DNA from: Deltaproteobacteria bacterium
GTDB taxonomy: Bacteria > Desulfobacterota > JAFDED01
NCBI GenBank assembly: GCA_019310535.1
Contig: JAFDED010000004.1
Span: 27,699 to 91,698 of the forward strand
Length of the DNA stretch: 64,000 bases
Reading direction: 5' to 3'
Shown in pieces: positions 28,654 to 38,744 of this stretch; position 1 is the stretch's first letter; every line of letters begins with the position of its first letter. Under the pieces are notes generated by a model. That model did not search any database and had not been told where the DNA came from. It saw nothing but the letters and a program-made list of their open reading frames with translations. The translations under genes and the position numbers were made by a program.

Positions 28654-29628
28654 ATGAAGAAGAGAACATCCGTCTGGTTTGTCAGTTTAGCGGCGCTATT
28701 GGTTTTTGGGTTCAGCCCATCGGTTCCGGCAGCGGACTATCCGGTAAAGCCGGTTCAGTTGATCGTGCCCTATTCGCCCGGAGGCAGCCTGGACAGGACT
28801 GCTCGGATCATCGCAAAACACGCCGAGAAGTACCTGGGCCAGAAGGTGGTAGTCGTTAACAGGACCGGCGCCAGCGGTTCCGTCGGCTTCACGGCCATCG
28901 CGCAGGCCAAGCCGGAGGGTTACGTCCTGGGTATGGGCGCCACACCTTTGATCCAGCACCACCTGCTCCTGGAAGGGGTGACATACACATACAAAAGCTT
29001 CACCCCCGTCGTAATGTGCTCCTATGATAATAACACCTTTACGGTGAAAGCTGGGAGCCCCATCGACAAGCCATGGAAGGAGTTTTTGGCATATATGAAG
29101 GCGCATCCTAATGAAATACCCATCGGATTGGGAGGACACTGGTCTTCCCTGGATCTGGCTCGGGCGGCTTTCGAGCTGGCCACCGGGACGAGCTTTCGCA
29201 GGGTCCAATTCAAGGGAGGCGCCAAGGCTGTCGCATCTGTTCTGGGGGGGCATACTATGGCCACCACCGCTTATCAGGATGAAATTTACGACCACGTTAA
29301 GTTGGGCAAGCTTCGCATCCTGACCTTTATGTCCGAGAAGCGCATGGCCAACTTCCCCGATGTCCCAACCATGAAGGAACTCGGTTACGATGTGGTCATG
29401 GGTGTATGGCGTGGTGTCATCGCTCCCAACGGTCTGCCGGACGACGTCAAAAAGAAGGTCATCGAGGCTTTTGACAAGACGATCAAGGATCCCGCACTCA
29501 AGGCAGACTTCGAAAAAGGAAAGGTCCCCTACGTGTATAAGAACGCCGAGGAATTTGGAAAGATCAGGGCTCAGGGCCACGAGAAAATCACCAAGATCGT
29601 CCAGACCATCAAGGCCAGGTCAAAATAA
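28654..29628 (+). CDS. tctC: Tripartite tricarboxylate transporter binding protein (TctC/Bug)
   Basis: YPVKPVQLIVPYSPGGSLD, VVNRTGASG, PDVPTMKELG. Confidence 0.9.
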   Translation: MKKRTSVWFVSLAALLVFGFSPSVPAADYPVKPVQLIVPYSPGGSLDRTARIIAKHAEKYLGQKVVVVNRTGASGSVGFTAIAQAKPEGYVLGMGATPLIQHHLLLEGVTYTYKSFTPVVMCSYDNNTFTVKAGSPIDKPWKEFLAYMKAHPNEIPIGLGGHWSSLDLARAAFELATGTSFRRVQFKGGAKAVASVLGGHTMATTAYQDEIYDHVKLGKLRILTFMSEKRMANFPDVPTMKELGYDVVMGVWRGVIAPNGLPDDVKKKVIEAFDKTIKDPALKADFEKGKVPYVYKNAEEFGKIRAQGHEKITKIVQTIKARSK

Positions 29629-29749
29629 GAATTTATCGGGGGAATCCGGCGTCCTTATGGTTCAAAACTCAAGGGTTCCCCCTGTACATGTAAATTCTTC
29701 GTGAAGACGAGATCGATTCGGAAACGAGCCGGTTAAAGTTTGGAGGATT

Positions 29750-30241
29750 GTGATGTCCCGCGCTGAGAGGCTCTCCGTTCCTTTGACGCTGATCGTTTTC
29801 AGCGCCCTGAGCTATTTACAGACAACAAGATTTCCGCCCCTGGCGGCCCGATTCCCCAAATTGGTCATTACGGGAATATTGTCGCTGTCGTTGTGCCTCT
29901 TTATCAAAGAATTGAGATCCCGCACACCACCGGCCGAAGTGGAATCAGAGAAAGAGAATGCGGAAGGGCTGCAGTTTGGTGCCGGGGGGCTCACCATGCC
30001 CAGGGCCCGGCAGAGCCTGATTATCGTCTCCATGATCGGATATATTGGCCTCTTGCAATATCTGGGCTTTGTATTGGCCACGCTTCCGTTTCTTCTTGTG
30101 CAATTCTGGCTCCTTGGATATCGGGGGATCTGGACCGTCGTGTCGGTGGCGGTTTGCATGACTTTGGCGATTTATTATATATTTGTTAAGATTTTTCTGA
30201 TTATGTTTCCGGAGGGGATCATTTTACCCGGTCTTTTATGA
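29750..30241 (+). CDS. tctB: Tripartite tricarboxylate transporter small membrane subunit
   Basis: About 4 TM helices, FP and LGF motifs, C-terminal FPEG; lies between tctC and tctA. Confidence 0.8.
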   Translation: MMSRAERLSVPLTLIVFSALSYLQTTRFPPLAARFPKLVITGILSLSLCLFIKELRSRTPPAEVESEKENAEGLQFGAGGLTMPRARQSLIIVSMIGYIGLLQYLGFVLATLPFLLVQFWLLGYRGIWTVVSVAVCMTLAIYYIFVKIFLIMFPEGIILPGLL

Positions 30242-30314
30242 CAAAGAGGCATGACTGTTTCTTCACTGCCAAACAGACTGAAAGCGGCACATATTTTGCC
30301 GGTATGAGGACCGT

Positions 30315-31799
30315 ATGCTCCACAACATTTCCGCCGGCTTTTTTGTTGCCTTTCAGTTGCTCACGATCCTTACGAGTGCCCTTGGCGTGATGTTTGGGAT
30401 CATTGTGGGTGCCATTCCCGGCCTGTCTGCCACAATGGGCGTGGCGCTTCTGGTCCCTCTTACCTTTGTCATGGAACCCGCCCAGGGTTTGCTTATGCTC
30501 ATGGGTATTTTCTGCGGCGCTGTTTACGGCGGCTCCATCTCCGCCATCCTTTTTCGCGTTCCGGGAACAGGCGCCGCTGTGATGACCATGCTCGACGGCA
30601 ACGAGATGACAAAAAAGGGGGAGAGCCAGAAAGCGCTTCAAGCCTCGGTATGGGCATCCTTTGCCGGCGGCGTAATGAGCGCCTTTGCCCTCATGTTTTT
30701 TGCCCCCGCCCTAGCGGTGATCGCGTTGAAATTCGGCCCCTCGGAGTACTTCGCCCTGGCTCTATGCGGATTGACGATCATTTGCACCCTTGAGTCCAGC
30801 AATCTCATCAAGGGTTTTATCAGTGGGCTGTTCGGTCTCCTGGTGGGAACCATGGGGCTGGACCCCATGACGGGTTACCCCCGCTTCACCTTTGGACGGG
30901 CTGATCTTTTCGAGGGAGTCCAGCTCATTCCTGCGCTCATCGGCCTGTTCTCGTTACCCGAGGTTCTCTCTATTGTGACACGAAGAGGGAGCGTGAAGAT
31001 GATTTCGGGTGCTGAAATGACCCATAAAGGATTGACCCGCGGGGAAATCCGTCGCACTGCGCCCTTGCTGGTTAAAACAGGTCTTCTGGGAGTGTTTATC
31101 GGGGTCTTGCCCGGTGCCGGTGGTGTGATCTCTTCCATTATTTCTTACAGTGAAGCCAAACGATCGGCCAAAAGACCCGAATTATTCGGAACAGGGATTA
31201 TCGAGGGAGTGATCGCCCCTGAAGCAGCAAACAACGGGTCTTCAGCAGCGTCTCTGGTGCCAATGCTGACTCTCGGCATCCCCGGCAGCGCAACCGCTGC
31301 CATCTTCCTTGGTGCCCTGACAATACATGGCTTGCGTCCCGGTCCCCTGCTGTTCCACAGCAACTCTTCAGTGGTCTTCGGGCTACTGGTGGGAACGTTT
31401 TATGTTCAGGTCATCATGCTCATATTAGGGCTTTTTGGGGCACGGTTGTTTGCCCGGCTTGTTCAAATTCCGGGCGCATTCATCGCCCCCAGCATCGCAT
31501 TGTTCAGCATAGTCGGCTCTTATGCCATGGGGACCAACATTTTCGACGTGTGGATCATGTTCATTTTCGGAATCATAGGGACCTTGATAAAGCGATACGG
31601 ATTTTCCTCGCCTGCCCTGCTCTTGGCCCTTGTGCTCGGCCCCATTTTGGAAGAGAACATGGCCGCCAGCCTCCAGATATCAGGAGGCTCCCTATGGATA
31701 TTTATCAGCCGTCCTCTGACGCTGTTGATTTACGCCGCAACCATTTTCCTGATTATCGGCACTCTGCGGCATCTGAAGAAACAAAGATTATCTTCATGA
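30315..31799 (+). CDS. tctA: Tripartite tricarboxylate transporter large membrane subunit
   Basis: GAIPGLS, YGGSISAIL, APEAANN, PMLTLGIPGS, GLRPGP. Confidence 0.93.
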   Translation: MLHNISAGFFVAFQLLTILTSALGVMFGIIVGAIPGLSATMGVALLVPLTFVMEPAQGLLMLMGIFCGAVYGGSISAILFRVPGTGAAVMTMLDGNEMTKKGESQKALQASVWASFAGGVMSAFALMFFAPALAVIALKFGPSEYFALALCGLTIICTLESSNLIKGFISGLFGLLVGTMGLDPMTGYPRFTFGRADLFEGVQLIPALIGLFSLPEVLSIVTRRGSVKMISGAEMTHKGLTRGEIRRTAPLLVKTGLLGVFIGVLPGAGGVISSIISYSEAKRSAKRPELFGTGIIEGVIAPEAANNGSSAASLVPMLTLGIPGSATAAIFLGALTIHGLRPGPLLFHSNSSVVFGLLVGTFYVQVIMLILGLFGARLFARLVQIPGAFIAPSIALFSIVGSYAMGTNIFDVWIMFIFGIIGTLIKRYGFSSPALLLALVLGPILEENMAASLQISGGSLWIFISRPLTLLIYAATIFLIIGTLRHLKKQRLSS

Positions 31800-31815
31800 A
31801 TGGGAGGTACAACCG

Positions 31816-32742
31816 ATGGCCAAAGAGATTCGAAAGCCGGATTTTGTCTGGCTCAACGGTGAATTTATCCCCTTTGACGAGGCCAGAGTCCACCTGTTGA
31901 GCCCCTGCGCCCGCTATGGCATCAATGTCTTCGAGGGTCTGCGTGCTTACTGGAATGATGAGGTGCGGCAACTCTACGCATTCCGTCTCCGGGAACACTA
32001 TGTCCGGCTTGCGGAGTCCATGAAGATGATGCGGCTTCAGATTCCGCAGTCCATAGAGGATAATATCAAAATCCTGATAGAGACCTTTCAAAAGAATAAC
32101 CTGCGCGAAGATTGCCACATCAGACACGTTGTCTATGTAGATGGTTTTGAGGGGTATTATTCCACAGAACCGGTGGGCATGCTCGTGTGCGCCCTTCCCA
32201 CGGGGCGGTTTCTTAATATCGAGGAGGGCATCACTGCCACCATCAGTTCCTGGCGGAGGATAGATGACAACAGCATCCCGGCGCGCATAAAGGCGGGATC
32301 CAATTATCAGAACAGCAGACTTGCTACGATGTGGGCCAAAAAAGACGGCTATGACCAGCCCATCATACTGAACGCCGACGGGAAAGTGGCCGAGGGACCG
32401 GGTTCGTGTTTCTTCATGGTGCGCAAGGGGATAGTCCTCACTCCGCCCGTCACCGCCGGCATACTTGAAAGTGTAACCCGCGATTCGCTGATCCAGTTGA
32501 TCAGCGAGGAATTGAGGCTTCCAATGGAAGTCCGAGACATCGACCGGACAGAGGTATACGTGGCAGAAGAGGCCTTCCTCTGCGGGAGCGGCTATGAGGT
32601 TACTCCCATCAATTCGGTTGACCGCTTACCCCTGGGTGAGGGAAAGCCGGGACCCATTACCCGTCGGATACAGAAAGCTTACTTTGACATCGCTAGGGGA
32701 CGTAGCCCCAAGTATCCTGAGTGGAGAACTGCCGTTTACTGA
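31816..32742 (+). CDS. Class IV PLP aminotransferase (branched-chain/D-amino-acid type)
   Basis: YGINVFEGLRAY, RIKAGSNY, EGPGS, ILESVTR, EEAFLCGS. Confidence 0.9.
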   Translation: MAKEIRKPDFVWLNGEFIPFDEARVHLLSPCARYGINVFEGLRAYWNDEVRQLYAFRLREHYVRLAESMKMMRLQIPQSIEDNIKILIETFQKNNLREDCHIRHVVYVDGFEGYYSTEPVGMLVCALPTGRFLNIEEGITATISSWRRIDDNSIPARIKAGSNYQNSRLATMWAKKDGYDQPIILNADGKVAEGPGSCFFMVRKGIVLTPPVTAGILESVTRDSLIQLISEELRLPMEVRDIDRTEVYVAEEAFLCGSGYEVTPINSVDRLPLGEGKPGPITRRIQKAYFDIARGRSPKYPEWRTAVY

Positions 32743-32765
32743 GCGGTGCAACTGCGGGGACGCAA

Positions 32766-34466
32766 ATGGATAGCATTACTCTGGAAGTGATCTGGAGCCG
32801 TTTGATCTCCATTGTGGATGAGATGGCCATCACACTCAAAAGAATGTCTTTCTCCACTATCGTCAGGGAGGCCAACGATTTTGCTTGCGTACTCTTCAAC
32901 GAACGGGGAGAGTCAATAGCCCAGAGCAGCCTGTCCATTCCTTCCTTCATCGGGTGCCTTCCCCGCACTATCAAGTTGATGCTCGAGCGGTTTCCGCCTG
33001 AGGCTCTGGCGGAAGGCGACGTGCTGATCACCAATGATCCGTGGATAGGCGCAGGACACTTGCCGGACATTGTCGTGGTGGCCCCCATCCACCGCAGTGG
33101 AAAGCTTATCGGGTTCAGCGGAAGCATTGCACACGCCTCGGACGTGGGAGGCCGGCTCTGGTCGGCCGATGCTGGCGAACTATTCGAAGAAGGAATCAGA
33201 ATTCCCGTCATGAAGCTTTATCGGTGCGGTGAACCCAATCAGGACCTGCTTGAAATGATCCTGGCAAACGTCCGCGTCCCGGAGCAAGTGCTGGGCGATA
33301 TCAGCGCCCAGGTCATTGCCAACGAAATGATTGTCAAACGACTGGATGAGCTGTTGACCGAGTATGAGCAGGAAGACCTGGAGGAGCTTTCTCAGGAGGT
33401 CATCCGCCGCTCCGAGCAGGCCATGCGCAATGAGATCGAACGAATTTCCGACGGCACTTACCGACACACGGTCCATGCCGATGGGTTCGAATCACCGGTG
33501 ACGATCTGCTGCACCCTGACAGTGGAAGGATCGGATCTTCGGGTCGACTACGCGGGCAGTTCTTCCCAGAGCCGACGGGGGATCAACGTGGTGCCTAACT
33601 ACACCTTTTCGTTCACCATGTACGCCGTCAAGTGCGCCCTTCTGCCCCATATTCCAAACAACGAAGGGTGTTTTCGGCCTGTAGATGTGTGTGCGCCCGA
33701 GGGCACTATCTTCAACCCTCGCTTTCCCGCCGCCGTGGGAGCGAGGCACATCATCGGTCACTACATACCGTATGCCGTCTTCGGCGCACTGGCCCGGGTC
33801 ATTCCCGAGCGGGTCATTGCTGATAGCGGAACCAGCGGATATCCTTACTTCGGTGGAACCGATGAGCGCGGCAGAAAATTCACCCAGTTCTTACCCACGG
33901 CCGGCGGCCTGGGAGCCAGACACGATAAGGACGGTGAGAACTGCCTCTATTTTCCGAGCAACGTCTCCAATGTCCCCGTGGAAGTGGTGGAAGCGATGAC
34001 ACCTCTGCAGATTGATCGCAAGGAATTCGCGACGGATTCGGGGGGTCCCGGGAAGTTTCGGGGTGGCTGCGGGCAGGAGTTTGTGATCCGAATAAAAGAT
34101 GGTGCCGACATTCCGCCCTTAACCATGTCCATGATCACCGAGCGCACCATATTTCCCGCCAACGGTATCGCCGGGGGCAAGCCGGGCTGCACCCGGGTAA
34201 CGGTGCTCAACGATGGAGAGACACCCCATCCCAAGCTCCAGGTCCCGTTCCCCCCCGGAACCCGTATTTTCACCCTTGCACCTGGCGGCGGCGGCTACGG
34301 GGACCCTCTTGAACGCGATCCGGTCCTGGTCGCGCAGGACGTCCGATTGGGTCTTGTCTCCCATGAGAGAGCCCGCGAGGACTACGGGGTGGTCCTGGAC
34401 CTCAATACCGGAGAGGTCTTAATCGAGGAGACATTGAAATTGCGTAAAGAGATGAGTCGCGACTGA
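32766..34466 (+). CDS. Hydantoinase B / oxoprolinase subunit
   Basis: FSTIVREANDF, NDPWIGAGHLPD, GGPGKFRGG, PGGGGYGDP. Confidence 0.92.
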   Translation: MDSITLEVIWSRLISIVDEMAITLKRMSFSTIVREANDFACVLFNERGESIAQSSLSIPSFIGCLPRTIKLMLERFPPEALAEGDVLITNDPWIGAGHLPDIVVVAPIHRSGKLIGFSGSIAHASDVGGRLWSADAGELFEEGIRIPVMKLYRCGEPNQDLLEMILANVRVPEQVLGDISAQVIANEMIVKRLDELLTEYEQEDLEELSQEVIRRSEQAMRNEIERISDGTYRHTVHADGFESPVTICCTLTVEGSDLRVDYAGSSSQSRRGINVVPNYTFSFTMYAVKCALLPHIPNNEGCFRPVDVCAPEGTIFNPRFPAAVGARHIIGHYIPYAVFGALARVIPERVIADSGTSGYPYFGGTDERGRKFTQFLPTAGGLGARHDKDGENCLYFPSNVSNVPVEVVEAMTPLQIDRKEFATDSGGPGKFRGGCGQEFVIRIKDGADIPPLTMSMITERTIFPANGIAGGKPGCTRVTVLNDGETPHPKLQVPFPPGTRIFTLAPGGGGYGDPLERDPVLVAQDVRLGLVSHERAREDYGVVLDLNTGEVLIEETLKLRKEMSRD

Positions 34467-34467
34467 G

Positions 34468-36585
34468 ATGGGATTTTCTGACAGAAATCCGAAGTTCCGG
34501 GTGGGAATCGACATCGGGGGCACCTTCACCGATCTGTTCCTTGTCCGGGATGATCGGGCTGCCGCCCGGCACAAACTTCTGACGACCCCGCACGATCCAT
34601 CGGAGGCAATGTTTCAGGGGTTGCAAGAGCTGTTGAGCAGGCACAACCTTTCCATGGACGATTGCCTGGTCATCATTCACGGGACAACTCTGGTGACCAA
34701 CGCCATCATCGAGCGCAAAGGCTCAAAAACCGCTCTGATCACTACAGATGGTTTTCGTGATCTGTACGAGATGGGCCGTGAACTGAGATACGACATATAC
34801 GACCTGGAAATTGATCGACCCCGGCCCCTTGTGCCCAGAGACCTTCGATGGGGGCTGAAGGAGCGTGTATCGTCAGAGGGACGGATTCTGGTTCCTCTGG
34901 ACGAAGAACAGGCTCGGGACATAGCCAATCGATTAGCCCGCGAAAACATAGAGGCCGTTGGGATTTCCTTTCTCCATGCCTACCGGAACCCGTCGCACGA
35001 GCAGAAGATGGGGGAGATCATCCGGGAGCACACCCCTCATATGTTTATTTCCATTTCTTCGGAGGTGGTGCCCGCCATACGGGAATACGAACGGACGTCC
35101 ACCACGGTGGCCAATGCCTACGTTCAGAGCATGGTGGCAAGCTACCTTGAGCGGCTTCAGGAACGTCTGGCGCAGACAGGCTTCGATGGCCGGTTGTACC
35201 TGATGATGTCCAATGGCGGAGTCATGACGCCCGAGATGGCCCGGAAGTTTCCCGTTCGTATGTTGGAGTCCGGACCTGCCGCCGGCGCTCTGGGGGCTGC
35301 TTACCTGGCTCGCCGGGGACGGAATAAGCGTGTGTTGTCCTTTGACATGGGAGGCACAACTGCCAAAACCTGCCTGATCGATGACGGAGAACCGCTGGTT
35401 GCCCCTGAGTTCGAGGCGGCACGGATCGGTCGGTTCAAAAAGGGCAGCGGTCTGCCCATCCAAATACCTGCTGTCGAGATGATCGAGATCGGTGCAGGCG
35501 GCGGGAGCATTGCCCGGGTGGACGAACTGGGCTTGCTGAAAGTCGGGCCTGACAGCGCCGGGGCGGACCCCGGCCCGGCCTGTTATGGCCTTGGCGGTAC
35601 GGAGCCTACTGTAACTGACGCGGATCTGATCCTCGGCTATCTCAGTCCCGAATACTTCCTGGGAGGGAAAATGCGGCTTGACCGGGAAGCAGCAGCGGAG
35701 GCTATTGCCCGACGTGTGGCACAACCCCTGGGAATCGACCTGCTGCAGGCTTCCTGGGGAATCCATGAGGTGGTTTGCGAAAATATGGCCATCGCCTCCC
35801 GCATCCACATCCTGGAGCGCGGCCGTGATCCCAGGAACTACACAATGCTGGCCATGGGAGGGGCCGGTCCGGTCCATGCTCTCCGCATTGCCCAGAAGCT
35901 GGGCATCGAGCGGGTCATCATGCCTGCGGCGGCTGGTGTCTTTTCGGCCCTGGGCTTGCTGGTGGCGCCGTTGGCCTTTGACTACATACGCACCCGCTAT
36001 ATGATCCTGGAAGAGGCTGACCTGGAAACAGTTTCAGCACTCTTCCGGGAGATGGAAAAAGATGGGTACACTCAATTAGACGCACTCGGGATCACGGAAG
36101 AAAAGGCCATGGTTCAACGATCGGCTGACATGCGATATCTCGGACAGGGCCATGAGATCAAGGTGGTGCTCCCCGGCGGAGAAATGGACGGGCAGTGGAT
36201 CAAAAAAGCGTACCAGGCTTTCGAACAGGCTTATCGGACACTCTATCACCGTTCTCTGGATGAGATTCCTGTGGAGGTGGTTAACTGGCGATGCGTGATC
36301 TCGGCCCCGGTTGAGGTAATCCAAATGGAAGCAGTGCTTCGTGGTTTTTCCGCCGACAGGGGTGCATGTAAAGGCCATCGCCCGGTGTTCTTTCCGGGCA
36401 ACCCCGACAGGATTCCCTGCCCGGTGTATGGGCGAAACAACCTGCCACCGGGTTTCCAGGCGGAAGGACCGGCAATTATAGAGGAGTTAGAATCCACCGC
36501 TGTCATCCACCCGGGTGATCTCATTGAGGTCGATGGGGCTGGCAACTTGATTGCAACATTGAAACAGCCCGCAGCGAAATCATAG
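34468..36585 (+). CDS. Hydantoinase A / oxoprolinase subunit (ATP-binding)
   Basis: GIDIGGTFTD, HGTT, ESGPAAG, DMGGTT, IGAGGGS, SAGADPGPACYG. Confidence 0.93.
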   Translation: MGFSDRNPKFRVGIDIGGTFTDLFLVRDDRAAARHKLLTTPHDPSEAMFQGLQELLSRHNLSMDDCLVIIHGTTLVTNAIIERKGSKTALITTDGFRDLYEMGRELRYDIYDLEIDRPRPLVPRDLRWGLKERVSSEGRILVPLDEEQARDIANRLARENIEAVGISFLHAYRNPSHEQKMGEIIREHTPHMFISISSEVVPAIREYERTSTTVANAYVQSMVASYLERLQERLAQTGFDGRLYLMMSNGGVMTPEMARKFPVRMLESGPAAGALGAAYLARRGRNKRVLSFDMGGTTAKTCLIDDGEPLVAPEFEAARIGRFKKGSGLPIQIPAVEMIEIGAGGGSIARVDELGLLKVGPDSAGADPGPACYGLGGTEPTVTDADLILGYLSPEYFLGGKMRLDREAAAEAIARRVAQPLGIDLLQASWGIHEVVCENMAIASRIHILERGRDPRNYTMLAMGGAGPVHALRIAQKLGIERVIMPAAAGVFSALGLLVAPLAFDYIRTRYMILEEADLETVSALFREMEKDGYTQLDALGITEEKAMVQRSADMRYLGQGHEIKVVLPGGEMDGQWIKKAYQAFEQAYRTLYHRSLDEIPVEVVNWRCVISAPVEVIQMEAVLRGFSADRGACKGHRPVFFPGNPDRIPCPVYGRNNLPPGFQAEGPAIIEELESTAVIHPGDLIEVDGAGNLIATLKQPAAKS

Positions 36586-36643
36586 AGACGTGAAGGGGCG
36601 GTGTGCAGCAAGATGCCTGATGAAGCAGATGGAACAGGAGGAA

Positions 36644-38602
36644 ATGGTGTCCGGGTTAAAACATCTCTTTGCACCGGGAAGGATCGGCGCCCTGGAGACG
36701 AAAAATCGCATTGTTTTTGCCCCCATGCTGGACCGCCTGGCAAATGAAGACGGAAGCATCAGCAACGCCTCCGTCAGCTATTACAATGAAAGGGCTCGAG
36801 GCGGAGCGGGAATTTTGATCGTGGGAGCCGTCTATTTTACGCACGAAACCCACTACCGACCGAATCAGAACGGCCTTTACGATGATTCACTTGTCGATAG
36901 CCACAGGAGGCTGACCCAAGTCGCCCACGAATCCGGAGCGCATATCAGTTGCCAGCTCATTCACGCGGGCATCCGGCTGGCACAGAAAGCATTCGGGGCC
37001 GGGCGCGCCGCCCGGCCGGTGGGGCCGTCAGCTGTTTCCTTCGTGACAACGGGCGTCATACCCCATGCGTTGACGGGTGAGGAAATAAAGGAAATTACGG
37101 AGGCTTATGCCGTCGCAGCATTGCGCGCGCGGAGGGCAGGGTACGATTTGGTGGACATACATGCCGGCCACGGTTACCTGTTGCACTCATTTCTTTCGCC
37201 GTTCTGCAACAAACGTGAGGACAGCTATGGAGGGTCTGTCGAGAACAGAGCGCTCTTTGTGTGCGAGGTTGTCCGGCGTATCAAAGATGCGGCCGGAGCG
37301 GATTTCCCGGTCAATGTGCGGATTAATGGCACGGATTACTTGCCTGGGGGCATCGATATCGACCAGGCTGTGGTCCATGCACGGCTGATTGAAGCAGCCG
37401 GGGCGGATGCGATCAATGTCTCAGCCGGGACGCGCGAGAGCCGTCAGTACGTTATCCCCGGTTCATTTTTTCCCCAAGCCTGTTACGCAGATCTGGCTGC
37501 GAAAGTCAGAGAGGCGGTGAAAATACCGGTGATGACCGTGGGGAGATACATCGACCCGGTGCTGGCGGATGAGGTTCTGGGAGAAGGGAAAGCCGACTTC
37601 ATCATCATGGGTCGTGCGCTGCTGGCCGACCCGGAACTGCCGATCAAGGCTCGGGAGGGCAGGTTTTCCGAGATTCGGCGCTGCATCGGATGCAACACAG
37701 GCTGCGCGGCCCGGGACATCAAGAAGTTCCCTCATATTTCGTGCGCTGTTAATGCCGCCGTGGGCCGCGAAGATGAATGCCGCATTCGTCCGGCAGCCGT
37801 TCCGCGAAAGGTGATAGTTATCGGCGGTGGCCCGGCCGGCATGGAGGCCGCACGAGTGGCCGCCTTGAGAGGCCATGGGGTTGCCCTTTACGAGCAGGCC
37901 GAGACTTTGGGAGGCCAGATGGTAGTGGCCTCCATGACCCAGCACACGCGCGATATCCAGAACTTGACTCAGTTCCTGATCCGGCAGTTACAGGTTCTTG
38001 GAGTCCAAATCCATACGGGCGTTGCCGTGAATCCAAAATTGGTGGCTGAGTTGAACCCCGATGTCGTGGTAGTTGCCGCGGGAGCCGCTCCCATACGGCC
38101 GGAAGTGCCCGGCGCCGACAGCGATAACGTGGTTCTTGCCTCCGATGTTCTCGCCAGCACCGCCCCTGTGGGAGACCGGGTTGCGGTTGTCGGCGGTGGA
38201 CTGGTTGGGATGGAAACAAGCGTGCTCCTGGCTCAGGAGGGAAAGCGTGTTATCCTGGTGGAGATGCTCCCCAAAATCGGCGTCAACGCTAACCCCCTCG
38301 AGGTGGTCTGCCTAATGGAGCGCTTCATTGAGCTGGGTGTTCAAATTTTCACCCGAACAAAGTTGATAGGCATCCATCGTGGAGGGGTTACAGTGGCCAT
38401 GATGGGGCTAACCAATGAGAATGAGTTGATATCAATCCCCGCGGATACGGTAGTGATTGCCATGGGATACAAGCCTATGGACGACCGCATTCGGAATTTC
38501 CGGGATAGCGGCCGTCCGGTTCATGTTATTGGAGACTGCAAGGAAGCCCGTAAGATTATTGACGCAGTCCACGAAGGGTATAAAGTAGGGCTTGAACTAT
38601 AA
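36644..38602 (+). CDS. Old-yellow-enzyme/FAD flavin oxidoreductase with Fe-S cluster (dienoyl-CoA reductase/BaiCD-like architecture)
   Basis: HAGHGYLLHSFLSP, YGGS, CIGCNTGC...C, GGGPAG; start ATG 36644 with AGGAGG. Confidence 0.9.
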   Translation: MVSGLKHLFAPGRIGALETKNRIVFAPMLDRLANEDGSISNASVSYYNERARGGAGILIVGAVYFTHETHYRPNQNGLYDDSLVDSHRRLTQVAHESGAHISCQLIHAGIRLAQKAFGAGRAARPVGPSAVSFVTTGVIPHALTGEEIKEITEAYAVAALRARRAGYDLVDIHAGHGYLLHSFLSPFCNKREDSYGGSVENRALFVCEVVRRIKDAAGADFPVNVRINGTDYLPGGIDIDQAVVHARLIEAAGADAINVSAGTRESRQYVIPGSFFPQACYADLAAKVREAVKIPVMTVGRYIDPVLADEVLGEGKADFIIMGRALLADPELPIKAREGRFSEIRRCIGCNTGCAARDIKKFPHISCAVNAAVGREDECRIRPAAVPRKVIVIGGGPAGMEAARVAALRGHGVALYEQAETLGGQMVVASMTQHTRDIQNLTQFLIRQLQVLGVQIHTGVAVNPKLVAELNPDVVVVAAGAAPIRPEVPGADSDNVVLASDVLASTAPVGDRVAVVGGGLVGMETSVLLAQEGKRVILVEMLPKIGVNANPLEVVCLMERFIELGVQIFTRTKLIGIHRGGVTVAMMGLTNENELISIPADTVVIAMGYKPMDDRIRNFRDSGRPVHVIGDCKEARKIIDAVHEGYKVGLEL

Positions 38603-38744
38603 AGTCTGTATTACGGGCAACCAATCAAGGAGTGGCGTCCTGGTTGAAGAGATTGTGTAATAAGGATAGCAACAAAAATGTATTGTGGAGAACTCTGTTT
38701 GGAGCATCTGAATTAGTGCCACAGTGGCGAAAGGGGGAGGATTC

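Noticed and set aside
28696-29580. 294-aa antisense ORF (similar ones at 34933-35877, 47442-48284, 16305-16997, 7352-8023)
   Set aside because: Each lies opposite a well-supported gene and has no recognisable motifs; expected shadow ORFs in GC-rich coding DNA.
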